A DNA stretch of 64,000 nucleotides from the NCBI GenBank assembly GCA_014237605.1, contig JAAZZR010000001.1, positions 8,156 to 72,155 of the forward strand. The letters run 5' to 3'. Below the pieces are notes generated by a model. It was not told the DNA's origin. It ran no database searches and saw only the letters and a list, made by a program, of their open reading frames with translations. Source of the DNA: Nitrosomonadaceae bacterium (lineage in GTDB: Bacteria > Pseudomonadota > Gammaproteobacteria > Burkholderiales > Nitrosomonadaceae). The stretch's first letter is position 1, and each line of letters starts with the position of its first letter. Below are positions 53,757-63,540 of the stretch, piece by piece. The position numbers and the translations under genes were made by a program.

Positions 53757-54974
53757 TTATTCCACTATAGCTTTAACTATATCGCCATTATCAAGATCCT
53801 TGCTTGGTCTTAATACTATTTTGCTGCCTGGTTTTGGGCCGTTTAATATTTCTATCATATCCCCAATTTCTTGGCCGGTTTCAACTGGCATCTCAATCAC
53901 TTTCCCTTCTTTAATAAGAAATACTATTTTCTTATCATCTCGCTTAGCAATAGCGTCAGGTTGTATTACTGTACGAGAAGTACGCTGACCAGCCGGCATT
54001 TCTTTCTCAAGGAATGCTATTTTTGCGCTCATTTCCGGCAATATATTAGGGTCATGATCAACAAACCTTACCTTCACAAGTACAGTTGCTTTTGAGCGAT
54101 CTACTGTCGGAACTATACGCTGTACAACACCGCGTAATCTTGTTTCTGGGAGGGCGTCCAGCTGAATTTCACATGGCTGATCAAGCCTTACTTTATGTAG
54201 ATTTGACTCAGATACGTCAGCTTCAACCTCTAGCGTATCCATGTCTGCCATAGTTACCACAGCACCTTTTGCATTAAGTGCGGAAGAAAAGGGTGTTACT
54301 ACATCGCCAATGTTGGCACTTTTTGTCAACACCACCCCGTCAAATGGCGCACGTATTAATGTGTGCTCCACTGAGATTTGTGCTACATGGTATGCCGCTT
54401 GAGCTGCTCCGACTGCGGCTTGATACCCAATGACTGCGGCCTTTGATTTGCGAGAACGAGCTATAGCCTCATCATATATAGCCTGAGAAATAAAATTTTT
54501 TGCTAACAAGTCCTCAGTTCGCTTAAGTGATTCCTGGGCATTTATTAGTTCAGCCTCTCCCTGGTGAAGGTTGGCTTCAGCTACTTTAATATTGGCTGCC
54601 GCCTGTTCCATAGTGGCAGAGACATCTTTATTTTCTAGCTGTGCAATTACCTCTCCTTTTTTTACTTTACTACCTTCAGTTACACCCAGCCACTCAACGC
54701 GTCCAGTTGCCTTAGACGCTACAGCTGCTTTTCTTTGTGCAACTACATATCCTGTGGCATTAAGTAGTGTGAAGGATTGTGAGGGGTAAGCTGTAGTAAC
54801 AGTAGCAGACTCTATCTCAATAGCTGTGATACTTCTGAAATATAGAAACAAAAATAACGCCAATGCTGCGGCAGCTATAAGAGTAACCATGGGGCGTTTT
54901 CTTCTTTTGCGTTTAGTTACGCCAGTACTGCCGCCCCTATCAATTTTTAATTTGGATAAATCTTCGTTAGCCAC
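53757..54974 (-). CDS. Efflux periplasmic adaptor (HlyD/MFP family)
   Basis: N-terminal TM, lipoyl-like hairpin (GEVIAQLEN...IRAPFDGVV), coiled coil, beta-barrel domains. Confidence 0.88.
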   Translation of the reverse strand: MANEDLSKLKIDRGGSTGVTKRKRRKRPMVTLIAAAALALFLFLYFRSITAIEIESATVTTAYPSQSFTLLNATGYVVAQRKAAVASKATGRVEWLGVTEGSKVKKGEVIAQLENKDVSATMEQAAANIKVAEANLHQGEAELINAQESLKRTEDLLAKNFISQAIYDEAIARSRKSKAAVIGYQAAVGAAQAAYHVAQISVEHTLIRAPFDGVVLTKSANIGDVVTPFSSALNAKGAVVTMADMDTLEVEADVSESNLHKVRLDQPCEIQLDALPETRLRGVVQRIVPTVDRSKATVLVKVRFVDHDPNILPEMSAKIAFLEKEMPAGQRTSRTVIQPDAIAKRDDKKIVFLIKEGKVIEMPVETGQEIGDMIEILNGPKPGSKIVLRPSKDLDNGDIVKAIVE

Positions 54975-55004
54975 AAGAACGCCTTTGAAATTTCAATGTA
55001 TTAA

Positions 55005-56345
55005 TTATGGTGCAGAGCTTACGATCTTTGAGCGTGACAGGGGTGGATTTTTAGAAAAATAACGTTTAATCCCATCGAGCACTGCTTGGGCCATTTTGTT
55101 CTGATAAGACTTCTTTAGAAGCTTTCTCTCTTCATTTGGATTACTAATAAAAGCAGTCTCCACTAAAATTGAAGGAATATCAGGGGATTTAAGTACAGCA
55201 AATCCTGCCTGCTCTACATGGCTCTTATGTAAGTGATTTATTTCACCAATTTTTGATAATACTTCCCTAGCAAGAGTATGACTATCCTCTCTTGTCTGTG
55301 ATAATGAAAGATCCAGAAGAGTTTTATTAAGGTAGGGATCTTTGGTATCAAGATTTACGCCGCCAATTAGATCCGCATCATTTTCTTTCTTTGCTAGCCA
55401 GCGTGAGGCAGCTGAAGTTGCGCCACGCTCAGATAACGTAAATACAGATGAGCCTCTTGCATGAGGCTTAACAAAAGCATCGGCATGAATTGATACAAAT
55501 AAATCTGCTTTTAGTCTTCGCGCCTTTTCTAGGCGCATTGGTAGTGACAGGAAATAATCCCCATCCCGAGTTAACGCTGCTCGCATATTGGGTTCGGCAT
55601 CTATTTTAGCTTTTAATTTCCGCGCAATGGCAAGGGTAATATTCTTCTCGTACGTACCCCTCTTGCTCACTGCTCCAGGATCTTCTCCCCCGTGACCGGG
55701 ATCAATTGCAACAGTTATGACTCTTATGGCTGAAGAAGGTTCCTTATTGCCAGCTATAGTTGTTTTTGATTTTCTGTCGGACTGAATATGCTGAGAAGCA
55801 CTAGCCTGTGCAGATTTTATTGTCCCCTCATTTATTAATGCCATTAAAGGGTCTGGTGGAGAAGTAGGGTAAATATCAAGGACTAAGCGGTGGCCATAAT
55901 CTCCTACAGGTTTAAGTATAAATGCCTGTGGTTTAACCTCACTTTTTAGATCCAGTACAAGCCGTAAAACTCCTAATTTAAATTGGCCAACACGAAGTGC
56001 ACGAATATATAAGTTATCGGCGCTTACTTTGCCAGGTAATTTTTTTATTTCAGATGTAAGCGTAACATCTATTAAATCCAGAACCACCCGGTCTGGGTTT
56101 TTAAGTAAAATAAGGGAGTAATTTATAGGGGCATCTGATTCTAGTGTAAGGCGGGTATACTCTGATGCCGGCCAAATACGAGTAGAATTAACTGTTGTGT
56201 TAGCAGAAGTAGAAGAAACAAATAAGGAGAGCTGGGATGCCACTAGAATCAATATGGCATAAAATTTTGCTGAAAACAGGGCCCTCAGACAATCAGTTGA
56301 TGTTCTAATTAAGGATTCCTTTTGACTTGCCAATCTTTCAAACAT
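55005..56345 (-). CDS. amiC: N-acetylmuramoyl-L-alanine amidase (AMIN domain plus Amidase_3), AmiC/AmiB-like
   Basis: VAIDPGHGGEDPGAV, FVSIHADA, LVETAFISNP. A GGAGG RBS precedes ATG 56345. Overlaps the tsaE 3' end by 37 nt. Confidence 0.9.
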   Translation of the reverse strand: MFERLASQKESLIRTSTDCLRALFSAKFYAILILVASQLSLFVSSTSANTTVNSTRIWPASEYTRLTLESDAPINYSLILLKNPDRVVLDLIDVTLTSEIKKLPGKVSADNLYIRALRVGQFKLGVLRLVLDLKSEVKPQAFILKPVGDYGHRLVLDIYPTSPPDPLMALINEGTIKSAQASASQHIQSDRKSKTTIAGNKEPSSAIRVITVAIDPGHGGEDPGAVSKRGTYEKNITLAIARKLKAKIDAEPNMRAALTRDGDYFLSLPMRLEKARRLKADLFVSIHADAFVKPHARGSSVFTLSERGATSAASRWLAKKENDADLIGGVNLDTKDPYLNKTLLDLSLSQTREDSHTLAREVLSKIGEINHLHKSHVEQAGFAVLKSPDIPSILVETAFISNPNEERKLLKKSYQNKMAQAVLDGIKRYFSKNPPLSRSKIVSSAP

Positions 56346-56803
56346 TGTCTGCCAACCTCCGTACCAGCCTGAATTTCAATTTTGCGTCCTGTTTCGATTA
56401 TAGTAAAAGAAATCCGTATATCGGCTATAGGCAATAGTTTTTCGGCTTTTTCGGGCCACTCCACCAGACAAATGGAACTTTCATTAAAATATTCACGAAA
56501 ACCAGCTTCTTCCCATTCTATAGGGTCAGTGAAGCGATAGAAATCAAAGTGATAGAAGTATAACCTAGATATTTTATAAAGCTCAACCAAATTATATGTA
56601 GGACTTTTCACTTTTCCCTCATGACCCAAGCCACGTAAGATTCCTCTTGCAAGTGTTGTTTTGCCTGCACCAAGGTTGCCATTTAGAAAAATAATAAGCC
56701 CTGGACGCAATATAGTTGCAATCTCTGCACCAAAAGTCAGAGTTATAGATTCACTCTCAAGGTGGCATGTTGTACCTGAATTGTTATGATAAGAACTATG
56801 CAA
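56309..56803 (-). CDS. tsaE: tRNA threonylcarbamoyladenosine biosynthesis ATPase TsaE
   Basis: P-loop LNGNLGAGKTTLARGILRGLG, HFDFYR. TTG at 56803 is the only available start. Confidence 0.88.
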   Translation of the reverse strand: MHSSYHNNSGTTCHLESESITLTFGAEIATILRPGLIIFLNGNLGAGKTTLARGILRGLGHEGKVKSPTYNLVELYKISRLYFYHFDFYRFTDPIEWEEAGFREYFNESSICLVEWPEKAEKLLPIADIRISFTIIETGRKIEIQAGTEVGRQCLKDWQVKRNP

Positions 56804-57910
56804 AATAATATTTCCAATTATCCTCTTACAGACTTAGTCTCTTTGACAAGTGATATCAAGATTTGGAGCAGAGAGCTTGGGTTTCAAGAAACCGGTATCT
56901 CTGATGCCAAGGCCGAGAAATCACATGTTGAGAGGGGTCTGTTGGCGTGGTTAAATGAAGGTTACCACGGCAACATGGATTATATGGCAAAACATGGCAT
57001 TAAGCGCTCTCATCCAGACAAATTAATACCAGGCACGCTGCGAGTAATTTCGGTACGGATGAATTATTCGCCACCTAAAACAAAAAACAGCTGGCAAGTG
57101 ATAGAAGATAGTGAGAAAGCATTTATATCTCGTTATGCTCTTGGCCGAGATTATCACAAGGTATTGCGTGGTCGATTACAAAAACTTGCTGATAAAATAA
57201 CTGCGCAAATAGGCCATTGTAACTATCGTGTGTTTTCTGATAGCGCTCCTGTTATGGAAGTGGAGTGGGCGCAAAGGTCTGGCCTTGGGTGGCGCGGGAA
57301 GCACACTCTATTGCTCTCGCGTGAAGCCGGTTCAATGTTTTTCCTTGGAGAAATATATACTGATTTGCCGCTACCTGTAGACGATCCTATCGATAACCAC
57401 TGCGGCACTTGTAGGAAATGTATCGATATCTGTCCTACTAAAGCCATCATAAGGCCCTATCGATTAGACGCAAGGCGATGCATTTCCTATCTTACTATCG
57501 AAAATAAAGGCAGTATTCCAGAGTCTTTGCGTCCCCTTATTGGAAACCGGGTCTATGGGTGTGATGATTGCCAGCTAGTTTGTCCTTGGAATAAATATGC
57601 TGCGGTTACCGGAGAAAGTGATTTTTCTGTACGCAATGGTCTGGATAACGCATCCCTAGTTGAGTTATTTAGCTGGAATAAAGAAGAATTTAATACTAGG
57701 CTTGCTGGCAGCCCAATCCGCCGAATCGGGCATGAACAATGGCTTCGAAATTTGGCAGTAGGATTAGGCAATGCATCATCTTCCAAGAATATCTCTGATG
57801 CATTAAGAGCTCGATATAACGATGACTCGCCTTTGGTTCGTGAGCATGTGCAATGGGCTTTAAAACAACATGAGCCGACGGACAAGCCGAAACAAAATTG
57901 TCTGATATAA
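56786..57910 (+). CDS. queG: Epoxyqueuosine reductase
   Basis: 4Fe-4S motifs CGTCRKCIDICPTKAI and CDDCQLVCPWN, with HEAT-like C-terminus. Alternative ATG at 56798. Confidence 0.92.
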   Translation: MIRTMQNNISNYPLTDLVSLTSDIKIWSRELGFQETGISDAKAEKSHVERGLLAWLNEGYHGNMDYMAKHGIKRSHPDKLIPGTLRVISVRMNYSPPKTKNSWQVIEDSEKAFISRYALGRDYHKVLRGRLQKLADKITAQIGHCNYRVFSDSAPVMEVEWAQRSGLGWRGKHTLLLSREAGSMFFLGEIYTDLPLPVDDPIDNHCGTCRKCIDICPTKAIIRPYRLDARRCISYLTIENKGSIPESLRPLIGNRVYGCDDCQLVCPWNKYAAVTGESDFSVRNGLDNASLVELFSWNKEEFNTRLAGSPIRRIGHEQWLRNLAVGLGNASSSKNISDALRARYNDDSPLVREHVQWALKQHEPTDKPKQNCLI

Positions 57911-58074
57911 GCACAGAACAGATTTAATCCGCTCTGTACTAACAAGCTAGACGGGGAAGTGGTTGACAATAAATTTTATACGAAATATCTGGCTCTGAAG
58001 CATATAAGGCTTAAGGCATCCTATTGAAGTCCTGGCCTGAAGTTTCATCAATAGTTTGAGCCCAGATTGAAATA

Positions 58075-58953
58075 TTATTTAATCATTTCTGTTTCTTCAT
58101 TCTTAGGATTAAATGGCATTTGATCAATGACGGCAGCGCTACCAGCCATATTTTCATTATCAATCCGTAGTCCTTGAAAATCATATAGTGCATTATCGAC
58201 TAAGTGCGAGGGTTGTACGTTGCGTAATGCAGTAAACATAGTTTCCAGCCTTCCTGGAAATTTTTTGTCCCATTCCTGCATCATATCTTTAATTACCTGG
58301 CGCTGTAAATTCTTCTGTGAGCCGCATAAATTACAAGGAATAATTGGGAATTCTTCGGCATCTGCATAAGCCTCTAGGTCTTTTTCCTTACAATAAACAA
58401 GCGGACGAATCACAATGTGCTGGCTGCTATCATTTATTAATTTAGGGGACATAGCCTTAAGCTTGCCACCATAAAAAAGATTAAGAAACAAAGTCTCAAG
58501 AATATCGTCTCGATGATGACCCAGTGCAATTTTAGTTGCACCTATTTCGCTCGCCACACGATATAGCGCACCGCGCCTTAGGCGTGAACAGAGGCTGCAG
58601 GTGGTTTTTCCTTCAGGAATGATCCTTTTTACTACACTATAAGTATCTTGTTCAATGATACGAAAAGGAACGCCAATTTTAGTGAGATACTCTGGCAATA
58701 TATGTTCAGGAAACCCGGGCTGCTTCTGATCCAGGTTTACAGCAATCAATTCAAATTTTAATGGCGCATGTATCTGAAGATTCCGCAGTATGTCTAGCAA
58801 CGCATAGCTGTCCTTGCCTCCGGATAGGCACACCATGACTCTGTCTCCTGCTTCAACCATATTGAAATCTGTAATAGCTGTACCTACAAGACGCCTTAAT
58901 CTTTTATGAAGCTTATTGGTATCATATTTTTCTTTTCTGGATTTTATTTCCAT
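58075..58953 (-). CDS. ttcA: tRNA 2-thiocytidine biosynthesis protein TtcA
   Basis: PP-loop [13 protein letters not shown]. Cys clusters [10 protein letters not shown] and CNLCGSQ. Confidence 0.93.
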   Translation of the reverse strand: MEIKSRKEKYDTNKLHKRLRRLVGTAITDFNMVEAGDRVMVCLSGGKDSYALLDILRNLQIHAPLKFELIAVNLDQKQPGFPEHILPEYLTKIGVPFRIIEQDTYSVVKRIIPEGKTTCSLCSRLRRGALYRVASEIGATKIALGHHRDDILETLFLNLFYGGKLKAMSPKLINDSSQHIVIRPLVYCKEKDLEAYADAEEFPIIPCNLCGSQKNLQRQVIKDMMQEWDKKFPGRLETMFTALRNVQPSHLVDNALYDFQGLRIDNENMAGSAAVIDQMPFNPKNEETEMIK

Positions 58954-59650
58954 TACGATCCTCTAATCTAAAAACAATTAATCATGCTGCTTTGGAGCAA
59001 ATTAAAGCATAGATCCTCACTTGATAGGAGATTTGGGCAAATCCAAGGCGGTCCTTGTGATTTCATTATTAAACCAAGCTCGGTATTACATACTTGTTAA
59101 ATGGCTAGTATTCAAGCTATTGCTTAAAGATTAAAAATAAAGTTGTTGAAGCGGTTGCCACAGTAAAGATTTTCCAGGCATGAATCTAGGCGGAAGCTAA
59201 AATACACCTAACGAAACTAAAGCATGAATATAATCATAAAAATAGCATATTTTAAATATTATGAACAAAATAGAGGAATTAGCTGTCTACATTTTTATTA
59301 AGAAAGCCATATAGAAAAAACCGAGTAATCAAACTAACTAAGATAGTTAGCGGGCCGCCTAACCTTATATATGGCCAATAATTTTAAATTATCTCTAATA
59401 AAAGATAAAACGTATTCTTTATTTCTGTCATTTTAAACATCGCAAGAATACTTAATTTTGGATAAATTAATGCGACAATTCGTCATTTTCTAGTATCTAG
59501 TAATTAGTGGAATGAAGTAATATCAAAGGCGCAATCCTTGCAGGCAAATAGGTTTCTCTCATTTGAGGTGAGAGTAGTGACATCGATATAAATAGAGTTC
59601 TTTTATACCGATAATAAAACACTCAAACTAAAAATCTTTCTTGTGCGAGC

Positions 59651-59690
59651 AATGGCGGCGTGATAAAATCCGCCGTTATTTATTTAACTA
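59651..59690 (+). terminator. Terminator-like hairpin plus T-rich tail inside the long ttcA-coxB spacer
   Basis: AATGGCGG-cgtgataaaat-CCGCCGTT (8 bp with one G-U) followed by ATTTATTT. No upstream gene is assigned. Confidence 0.3.
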
Positions 59691-59849
59691 GGTGGGCAGG
59701 TCACTTTATAAAAATATTGGGCCCAATGAACTATACCTGAATCTGGCAAACGTTCAGAATAATAGATAAATACAGACATTAAATTAATAAATTATATTCT
59801 CCACTCAAAAAGTAGAAATTTTAAGTGGAGAAATTAAGTGGGAGAAATT

Positions 59850-60995
59850 ATGGGCAGCAAAGTAACGGCTATACTGGTGTGGGTCTCAACACTTATTCTA
59901 TACCCGAGCATGGCGGCAGCTGAGAGAACTGATGGGATATTAAGTACAGTAAACTTACCAGCGGCAGGATCTCAAATTGCTACTGAAATGTATGACCTGC
60001 ATATGTATGTACTGTGGATATGTGTGGTTATTTTTATTGGTGTGTTTGGGACTATGTTGTACTCTGTAATTGTTCACAGAAAATCAAAAGGTTTCAAAGC
60101 GGCAAATTTTCACCATAGTACAACCGTTGAAATTATCTGGACTATTATCCCGTTCTTCATTCTCTTTGGTATGGCCTTTCCTGCTACGCAAACAGTTGTC
60201 GATATGAAAGATACTTCTACGCCGGATATTACTATTAAGGCTACTGGCTATCAGTGGATGTGGGGTTATGATTATCTTGCAGGGGAAGGAGAGGGTATTA
60301 AATTTCTCAGTAGAATGTCTACCCCTAGGGAGCAAATCAAAAATGAAGCTCCTAAGGGCGATAACTATTTAAGGGAAGTTGATAACAATGTGGTGGTTCC
60401 AGTTGGGAAAAAAGTTCGTATCCTTCTTACTTCAAATGATGTTATTCACGCATGGTCGGTACAGCAACTAGGTGTTAAACAGGATGCTATCCCAGGATTC
60501 ATACGTGACACTTGGTTTAAAGCAGATAAACCAGGAATATATAAAGGTGTATGTTCAGAGTTATGTGGTAAAGAACATGCATATATGCCAATAGTTGTGG
60601 AAGTATTGGCAGAAGCTGAATACTCACAATGGGTGGCCTCTAAAAATCAAGAGTCAGCGGAGCCAGCTGTTGATGTTAATAAAGAATTTACAATGGATGA
60701 GCTAAAAGCTGCCGGTGAAAAAGTATATGCCGGTAATTGTGCCGCCTGCCATCAGGCTAATGGTAAAGGGATATCTGGGACATTCCCCGGTCTAGATGGA
60801 TCAAAAATTGCAGTTGGACCCAAGGATGAGCATATAAAAATGGTATTAAATGGTAAGGCAGGTACTGCAATGGCTGCATTTAAACATTTGTCAGATGTTG
60901 ATATTGCCTCAGTAGTTACCTACGAACGAAATGCATGGGGCAATACAACGGGCGACATAGTGCAGCCTTCAGAAATTAAAGCATTCAGAAATTAA
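59850..60995 (+). CDS. coxB: Cytochrome c oxidase subunit II with a fused C-terminal cytochrome c domain
   Basis: CuA site HAWSVQQLG ... CSELCGKEHAYMP. C-terminal heme motif CAACHQANG. The start was moved to ATG 59850 behind the GGGAGAA RBS (track GTG 59838). Confidence 0.94.
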   Translation: MGSKVTAILVWVSTLILYPSMAAAERTDGILSTVNLPAAGSQIATEMYDLHMYVLWICVVIFIGVFGTMLYSVIVHRKSKGFKAANFHHSTTVEIIWTIIPFFILFGMAFPATQTVVDMKDTSTPDITIKATGYQWMWGYDYLAGEGEGIKFLSRMSTPREQIKNEAPKGDNYLREVDNNVVVPVGKKVRILLTSNDVIHAWSVQQLGVKQDAIPGFIRDTWFKADKPGIYKGVCSELCGKEHAYMPIVVEVLAEAEYSQWVASKNQESAEPAVDVNKEFTMDELKAAGEKVYAGNCAACHQANGKGISGTFPGLDGSKIAVGPKDEHIKMVLNGKAGTAMAAFKHLSDVDIASVVTYERNAWGNTTGDIVQPSEIKAFRN

Positions 60996-61011
60996 AGCAT
61001 TCAGAAATTAA
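60970..61011 (+). repeat. 16-bp tandem repeat CAGAAATTAAAGCATT (2 full copies plus 10 nt) spanning the coxB stop codon
   Basis: Copies at 60970-60985 and 60986-61001, partial copy at 61002-61011. The coxB TAA (60993-60995) lies in copy 2. Confidence 0.9.
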
Positions 61012-61028
61012 GGAACGAGGAGAATATT

Positions 61029-62624
61029 ATGGCAGCAGTACACCATCCTGATAATGGCATAGACCATGAACATGAGCATCATGGGCCTCCTAGCGGAATC
61101 ATGCGCTGGCTAACCACTACTAATCATAAAGATATCGGTACGCTATACCTCTGGTTTAGCTTTGCGATGTTCTTAACTGGTGGCGTAATGGCGCTAACTA
61201 TTCGCTCTGAATTATTCCAGCCTGGGTTACAAATTGTCGAGCCGGAATTTTTTAATCAACTCACCACACTACATGGCTTGGTAATGGTGTTTGGTGCAAT
61301 TATGCCGGCTTTTGTTGGTTTTGCTAACTGGCAAATACCAATGATGATCGGTGCTCCAGATATGGCTTTTGCTCGTATGAATAACTGGAGTTTCTGGTTA
61401 TTGCCACCGGCAGCTTTATTACTGATTAGTTCATTCTTTGTACCTGGTGGAGCAGCTGCAGGTGGTTGGACACTATATCCACCACTTTCTGTCCAGATGG
61501 GTATGGGTATGGATATGACTATATTTGCTGTTCATATACTGGGTGCTTCATCCATTATGGGGTCAATCAATATTGTCACAACTATTCTAAATATGCGTGC
61601 ACCAGGTATGACAATGATGAAAATGCCTCTATTTGTTTGGACATGGTTGATAACAGCATATCTACTATTAGCAGTTATGCCGGTATTAGCAGGCGCGGTA
61701 ACTATGTTGCTAACAGATCGACAATTCGGAACCAACTTCTTCAATGCTGCAGGTGGCGGTGATCCAGTCATGTTTCAGCATATATTTTGGTTCTTCGGGC
61801 ACCCTGAGGTCTATATCATGATTCTGCCGGCGTTCGGAATCGTATCTCAAGTTATTCCAACATTTGCCCGCAAAAAACTGTTTGGTTATTCTTCGATGGT
61901 ATACGCTACATCGTCCATTGCGATTCTTTCATTTGTCGTTTGGGCGCATCACATGTTTACAGTAGGTATGCCAGTTACGGCCCAGCTGTTCTTCATGTAC
62001 GCTACTATGCTGATTGCGATTCCAACCGGAGTAAAGGTATTTAACTGGACTGCCACTATGTGGCGTGGTTCCATGACATTTGAAGCTCCGATGCTGTTTT
62101 CTATTGGATTTATCTTCCTGTTTACTATTGGAGGATTTAGCGGCATAGTTCTTGCAATCGTACCTGTAGATATCGTGTTACAAGAAACCTACTATGTGAT
62201 AGCTCATTTTCATTATGTGTTGGTATCAGGCTCATTATTTGGCTTATTTGCCGGTACATATTATTGGTTACCGAAATGGACTGGAAACATGTATGACGAA
62301 GGTCTGGCCAAAACACATTTTTGGTGTTCTATGATTTTCTTTAATATTACCTTCTTTGTGCAACATTTCTTGGGACTAGCAGGGATGCCTCGGAGAGTTC
62401 CTGACTACGCGTTGCAGTTTGCTGATTTCAATATGATATCAACCATAGGAGCATTTGGTTTTGGCTTCAGCCAGTTGATTTTCCTCTACTGCATAATTAA
62501 ATGTATTCGTGGCGGACAAAAGGCAACTGATGAAGTGTGGGAAGGTGCTGATACATTAGAGTTTACAGATTTACCTTCACCGGCACCGTATCACAGCTTT
62601 GAAACAGCTCCAAAGGTAAAATAG
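61029..62624 (+). CDS. coxA: Cytochrome c oxidase subunit I
   Basis: [33 protein letters not shown]. 531 aa. Confidence 0.98.
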   Translation: MAAVHHPDNGIDHEHEHHGPPSGIMRWLTTTNHKDIGTLYLWFSFAMFLTGGVMALTIRSELFQPGLQIVEPEFFNQLTTLHGLVMVFGAIMPAFVGFANWQIPMMIGAPDMAFARMNNWSFWLLPPAALLLISSFFVPGGAAAGGWTLYPPLSVQMGMGMDMTIFAVHILGASSIMGSINIVTTILNMRAPGMTMMKMPLFVWTWLITAYLLLAVMPVLAGAVTMLLTDRQFGTNFFNAAGGGDPVMFQHIFWFFGHPEVYIMILPAFGIVSQVIPTFARKKLFGYSSMVYATSSIAILSFVVWAHHMFTVGMPVTAQLFFMYATMLIAIPTGVKVFNWTATMWRGSMTFEAPMLFSIGFIFLFTIGGFSGIVLAIVPVDIVLQETYYVIAHFHYVLVSGSLFGLFAGTYYWLPKWTGNMYDEGLAKTHFWCSMIFFNITFFVQHFLGLAGMPRRVPDYALQFADFNMISTIGAFGFGFSQLIFLYCIIKCIRGGQKATDEVWEGADTLEFTDLPSPAPYHSFETAPKVK

Positions 62625-62625
62625 T

Positions 62626-62736
62626 ATGAACAAAGAATCAAAGAATCAGCGCAACAAAAATATTAAAACTGCGCTGGTTCTTTGGGCAATTGTGTTATTA
62701 ATTGTAGGTTTATTCTTTAATACGCATTGGGGATGA
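62626..62736 (+). CDS. 36-aa single-TM protein (cytochrome oxidase small assembly protein-like). Not in the ORF track.
   Basis: The ATG lies 1 nt after the coxA TAG. Sequence MNKESKNQRNKNIKTALVLWAIVLLIVGLFFNTHWG. Its TGA overlaps the ctaG ATG (ATGA). A small ORF in this slot is common in betaproteobacterial cox operons. Confidence 0.6.
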   Translation: MNKESKNQRNKNIKTALVLWAIVLLIVGLFFNTHWG

Positions 62737-63275
62737 ATGTATTACAGCTAAATCTAGTTCTGTTAAAGAAATTGCTGATACTTGCTGTGGTAATGTTTGC
62801 ATTTGGCTACGCAATGATTCCATTTTACAAGCAGATTTGTGAAGTGGCAGGGTTAAATAACTTACTACAACCAGACACATTAGCAGAAGAAACTCAGCTT
62901 GTGGATACAAGCCGTATGTTGACAGTTCAGTTGGATGCAAATACCCGTGGCTTGCCATGGGAATTTAAACCACTGCAATCAACTGTACAGATTCATCCAG
63001 GTGAATTAGTTGAAGTAATGTATGAGATTAAGAATAACTCTGAACGTGAAATAATCGGTCAAGCGATTCCAAGCTATGCGCCATTATTGGTTTCGCAGTA
63101 TATAAAGAAGCTAGAGTGTTTTTGTTTTACAAAGCAGGTTTTAAAACCTAATGAAGTAAAGCAAATGCCGGTACAGTTCCTAATAGAACCTGAATTTCCG
63201 GGAGATATAGATAGCTTATCAATCTCGTACACATTTTTCGAAATTGGTCTTAGTAATGGTGCAGGCACTAACTAG
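62733..63275 (+). CDS. ctaG: Cytochrome c oxidase assembly protein CtaG/Cox11
   Basis: N-terminal TM followed by IPFYKQICEVAG and the copper-binding CFCF motif. ATG 62733 is preferred to the track TTG 62727. Confidence 0.92.
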   Translation: MNVLQLNLVLLKKLLILAVVMFAFGYAMIPFYKQICEVAGLNNLLQPDTLAEETQLVDTSRMLTVQLDANTRGLPWEFKPLQSTVQIHPGELVEVMYEIKNNSEREIIGQAIPSYAPLLVSQYIKKLECFCFTKQVLKPNEVKQMPVQFLIEPEFPGDIDSLSISYTFFEIGLSNGAGTN

Positions 63276-63298
63276 GATAAGCGCACTAAAAGTAAAAT

Positions 63299-63508
63299 TT
63301 GAGAGTAAAAGATAAAAAGCCTGATAAAGCCGGGTATGTACAAGTTGCAAAAGCAGTATTTTGGGCATTCTCTGGAATAAGAAAAAATACTGATCATGCT
63401 GCTGATGTAGAATCATTAACAATGAAGCAAGTAGTAATCGGAGGAATTATCGGTGCCGCTATATTTGTAGGAATTTTATTATTACTGGTTAACTTAATAA
63501 CAAACTAA
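63299..63508 (+). CDS. DUF2970-like small membrane protein
   Basis: 69 aa, TTG start. AKAVFWAFSGIRK followed by a C-terminal TM. Conserved slot between ctaG and coxC. Confidence 0.7.
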   Translation: MRVKDKKPDKAGYVQVAKAVFWAFSGIRKNTDHAADVESLTMKQVVIGGIIGAAIFVGILLLLVNLITN

Positions 63509-63540
63509 GAATTGATTAAAATATTCGCAGGAGAATACCC

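Noticed and set aside
57553-57969. 138-aa minus-strand ORF overlapping the 3' end of queG. The same judgement applies to the many 60-130-aa antisense ORFs in the track, for example 5984-6367, 15327-15638, 17733-18059, 32302-32628, 50722-51018 and 51232-51864.
   Set aside because: They lie entirely or largely within strongly supported genes on the opposite strand. Their composition is Ser/Cys/Leu-rich, which is typical of antisense frames. They have no RBS or recognisable motifs.
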